Assembly: GCF_024521635.1 (NCBI RefSeq) | Contig: NW_026250451.1 | Location: forward strand, 62,001-99,686 | Length of the DNA stretch: 37,686 nucleotides | Direction of reading: 5' to 3' | DNA from: Tricharina praecox | Taxonomy: Eukaryota | In this document: positions 34,577 to 37,686 of the stretch, piece by piece | Numbering within the stretch: the first letter of the stretch is position 1 | How the letters are laid out: the number at the start of each line of letters is the position of its first letter | Notes under the pieces: model-generated | The model's input: only the letters and a program-made list of their open reading frames with translations | Database searches by the model: none | What the model was told of the DNA's origin: nothing | Made by a program: the position numbers and the translations under genes

Positions 34577-35720
34577 TGTGATACTCCGAAAAACTCTCGG
34601 GTAGTCACAGCAAGAGCAGTTTGTTCCGAAGTGATCGGAACACAGGAATAGATAGGCATGGCATAGAGACGATGTGGGCAGGAGTGACCAAACAGGGTCG
34701 AGAGGGAGGACGAGATCAGTTAACAGAACACCAGCATAGCCCACGCCCGGCTCCAAAGGGCCATTATCTTCCTCTATATCGTCCAGGCCGAGCAGAGAAA
34801 CGCCCAGGAAGACTACAATCGCAGCAACCAGGTATGGGCGAAACAGCGGGTAAGGAAAAGCGACGAACTCCACAAGCAGCAGGAGGAATTGAAGAGGCTT
34901 GTAAAGGAAAATGCAAAAGCCTTGAAGCAGGTAGAGATCCACGCAGAAAAACAGAAATAGAAGGTTCCGGAATGGGTCCACACAGACACAAGAGAAAGAT
35001 GAGGATCGGAAGCATTGTGGGCATTGGCTGCTGGCCCCGTAATGAATGCTGGTGGTTAAGAAACGCTTCAACGCGGCCTACGGGGACTGAACAATTAGCA
35101 GGCCCATCAAGAAGCTATTCAAGAGGAGTATCGGGACTCGAGGGAAGGCGCATATGCTCTCAGCAAGATGTAGGCCTTGAGGTATAAGAATGACATCAAA
35201 TGATACCTCACCACCTTCTGAACCCTGAACCTACCAGCAAACGCAACTGGGAGCCGCTCCAACACATGGTGGACCAAGCGGTGCCGGCGGAAATCCTCCC
35301 AATGCGATTCTCGCACAATCCCAGCCTGTTCAGGGAGGACAAACCCTTCTTGCACGTAACCTACGAAGCTGGCAGATGTGTGGAGAGGTTGAGGGCATTG
35401 TTGAAGTCGAAGGAGGGGACGAGTGGGGGTTGGGGGCACCAGGGCTCTGAAGGCGACCAGAAGGAACCTGCTGAGGGCAACACTGGCCCTGGATATGGAA
35501 CGGAAATGGGAAGGGTACCAGGAGCCAACAGGATGGTGGGAAATCCCAGGTCGACTAAACGGTCAAGAAGGCAACGGGTGCCAGGAAGGATAACTCGGAG
35601 AAGAAGAGGACTTCTAAATCAGGGAGGGAAGTATTGGCAGGGCTCCCACACGCGGAAATCAATGCACACAAAGCGTTCAACTGCGACTGCTAGAGATGTG
35701 GCTGGGACGCTCACATTGAG
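34577..35720 (+). mobile_element. Ty3/Gypsy retrotransposon relic: truncated LTR start plus degenerate gag with zinc knuckle
   Basis: TG start at the MITE breakpoint. A coiled-coil segment is followed by NN*QAHQEAIQEEYRDSREGAYALSKM*ALRYKNDIK*YLTTF*TLNL.ANATG/EPLQHMVDQAVPAEIL.MRFSH...FLHVTYEAGR.VERLRAL and AEINAHKAFNCDC*RCGWDAH (CX2CX4H relic). Many stops. Confidence 0.75.
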
Positions 35721-35832
35721 AGACTGGAACGAGTCCGGGCCGCTAGAGTCTATGGTATTATTGAGTATAGAATAGAAGTCAGGGATTTCGATAATTCACG
35801 ACGGAATAATCTTAAGGGTGTTTGTTCGATGG

Positions 35833-36443
35833 TGTAACGGCACTGTCGGGCAAGGCTCCAGGTAGCGAAGCCGGGTGGGAGATTGGGTTCTGGGTTCGGC
35901 GGAGGCAAGACGGGTTCAGAGGACAAGGTAAGGCAGGGCTCAGGGCAGACGGCAACTGAGAACAGAGGTAGGGACAAGAACTACGGCGCAGACGGCAGCC
36001 GGGGCAAGCACAGAGGTAACAGTGATTGAATTGACAAGTTGTTGCTTGAAGAACTAAATACAGAGGGGCAACAGCCCATATATATAGAAAATCCTCCACT
36101 TCTTCCCACAACCTGACAATGACCATGGGCGTGTGGCAGACCCTGAGAAATCCACCTTGCCAGTACCCCCGCTTCTGTGACTCATACCCTGCGTAGCCGC
36201 ACTACCCTGCTTGCTGTACACAGCCCCAATCCCCTGCGACTGATTACTGCGCTATCCCAGCTCCCTACACACAGCCCCCAATCCTCTGCGACTCATTGCT
36301 GGGCTATCCCAGCTCCCTGCACACAGCCCCCAATCCTCTGCGACTCATCCTTGCACTGCCGGTGCAATGCCTTTGCACTGCCTCCCAACTCTCCCGATCC
36401 TTGCGCCGACCCTCCCTTCGTCATTCCGGTGCGAGCCGTGACA
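35833..36443 (-). mobile_element. LTR copy A (611 bp), inverted relative to copy B
   Basis: TG...CA termini (TGTAACGG...CCGTGACA). The reverse complement aligns end to end with 36648-37206 (roughly 90% by eye) with one extra ~52-bp tandem unit. Confidence 0.9.
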
Positions 36444-36477
36444 GCTACCTGGAGCCTTGCTCGACCGTGCTGTTACA
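36444..36477 (+). mobile_element. 34-bp 3'-terminal fragment of the same LTR family
   Basis: GCTACCTGGAGCCTTGCTCGACCGTGCTGTTACA matches the last 34 nt of copy B (GCTACCTGGAGCCTTGCCCGACCGTGCCGTTACA) with 2 mismatches. Confidence 0.9.
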
Positions 36478-36647
36478 GCTGGCCGCTTGATGCATGGTAC
36501 ATTGTTCCTTGCCTCGGGCAATGGTGAAGCGAATTATCTGTTCTTCATTGTTCCAGAACCCCGTTGATTCGTGCTTAGTCATCTACCAATACTCGAGGTA
36601 GGCGTCGCAGCCGTCTAAGAGAGCCACTTCGATGGTTTCATTGATGT

Positions 36648-37206
36648 TGTCACGGCTCACGACGGAATGACGAAGGGAGGGTCGGCACAAGGATCGGGAG
36701 AATTGGGGGGCAGTGCAGAGGCAGTGCACCGGCAGTGCAAGGATGAGTCGCAGAGGATTTGGGGCTGTGTGCAGGGAGCAGGGATAGCGCAGTAATGAGT
36801 CGCAGGATATTGGGGCTGTGTGCAGGAAGCAGGGGTAGTGCGGCTGCGCAGGGTGTGAGTCACGGAAGTGGGGTACTGGCAAGGTGGATTTCTCAGGGTC
36901 TGGCACACGCCCACGGTCATTGTCAGGTTGCGGGAAGAAGTGGAGGATTTTCTATATAAACGGGCCGTTGCCCCTCTGTATTTAGTTCTTCACGCAACAA
37001 CTTGTTAATTCAATTACTGTTACCTCTGTCCTTGCCTCGGCTGCCGTCTGCGCCGTAGTCCTTGTCCCTGCCTCTGTTCTCAGTTGCCGTCTGCACTGAG
37101 CCCTGCCTCACCTTGTCTCCTGTACCCGTCTTGCCCCTACCAAACCCAGAACCCGATCCCCAGCCCGACTTCGCTACCTGGAGCCTTGCCCGACCGTGCC
37201 GTTACA
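36648..37206 (+). mobile_element. Solo LTR copy B (559 bp) with 5-bp TSD
   Basis: TGTCACGG...CCGTTACA termini; TSD GATGT at 36643-36647 and 37207-37211; TATATAAA at 36953-36960. Removing it rejoins the protease frame. Confidence 0.93.
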
Positions 37207-37477
37207 GATGTAGTGTCTGCAGTGTTGGAGAAACATCGGCACTGTCTAATATTCCCTGGCTCCTTCCACAATAATTCCGTGGAAGTTCTTGATCGCCACC
37301 GGCTTGGGTTGTTGAACAAAGGGCAACCCAAGTCGCGGTGCAAGGCTTCGTTTGATGATCAGAGTGGCATATCCTGTGTCAAGGAGTACCCTAATCTGCC
37401 GTCGCTTGTGCTCAGACCAGATGAGTATCATTTCTCTGATAGGTCGTGGTCCGCTAACAGGTTTTGGGGGCTCGCAC

Positions 37478-37686
37478 TGTGACACCCCGATAGCTATCGG
37501 AGGACACGACGGTCGCAAGAGATGTGATTAGATAATTCGGGTGATTAGAATAGAGTTGCGAGCCGAAAGGATAGTTAGAAGCGATCGAGGACAAGATAAG
37601 AAGGAGGGAGCAAACGGATTCCAGAGTCTAGACAGTGATCGGAGATGCCGGAGATCGGGATAACAGTCCAGAGGACTTTGAGATCA
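37478..37686 (+). mobile_element. Probable start of another LTR element running off the window, related to the terminus at 34577
   Basis: Protease similarity stops abruptly at TGTGACACCCCGATAGCTATCGG...GCAAGAG, which resembles TGTGATACTCCGAAAAACTCTCGG...GCAAGAG at 34577. Confidence 0.55.

Larger units (their letters stand above)
35721..37477 (-). pseudogene. Gypsy aspartic-protease (pol 5') relic, interrupted by LTR insertions at 36648-37206 and 35833-36477
   Basis: IRVLLDTGYATLII...LGLPFVQQPKPVAIKNFHGIIVEGA..Y*TVPMFLQHCRHY resumes after the solo LTR as INETIEVALLDGCDAYLEYW*MTKH..GFW. Retropepsin DTG motif present. Confidence 0.8.

Noticed and set aside
34621..35775. ORFs 34621-35187 and 35200-35775 as host genes
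   Set aside because: They are partial or out-of-frame readings of the degenerate Gypsy gag.
36177..36920. Paired similar ORFs (...SLHTAPNPLRLILALPV...) on opposite strands
   Set aside because: They arise from the two inverted LTR copies and are not a gene family.

Overview
Intron-rich filamentous-ascomycete genomic DNA, probably a Pezizomycete judging from the transposon families and gene style (inference, no search run). Six protein-coding genes can be assembled by hand. (1) The 3' end of a polyQ-containing hypothetical gene (+, 79-1357). (2) A Rad5/Rad16/Uls1-type SNF2 ATPase-RING E3 ligase (-, 3106-6395, 3 exons) with a tandem array of SUMO-consensus peptides. (3) A full-length ABCB/P-glycoprotein-type transporter (-, 7637-12318, 11 exons). 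(4) A secreted, probably GPI-anchored chitin deacetylase with two CBM18 domains (-, 14608-16240, 4 exons). (5) A fungal NLR with NACHT N-terminal domain, NACHT and 14 ankyrin repeats (+, 23561-28250, 7 exons). (6) An ACT-family amino-acid/choline permease (-, 30630-32439, 4 exons). Mobile DNA comprises a decayed LINE 3' end, an intact hAT-type MITE (20-bp TIR, 8-bp TSD), a Tc1/mariner-type MITE and a nested cluster from 34228 to the window end. The cluster holds a second hAT MITE split by a Ty3/Gypsy relic, gag and protease relics on opposite strands, and two inverted copies of one LTR. The most unusual signals are the SUMO-site array, a HET-s-like motif in the NLR N-terminus, and an LTR insert with the same LTR end at both termini. 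Family assignments come from motif recognition only.
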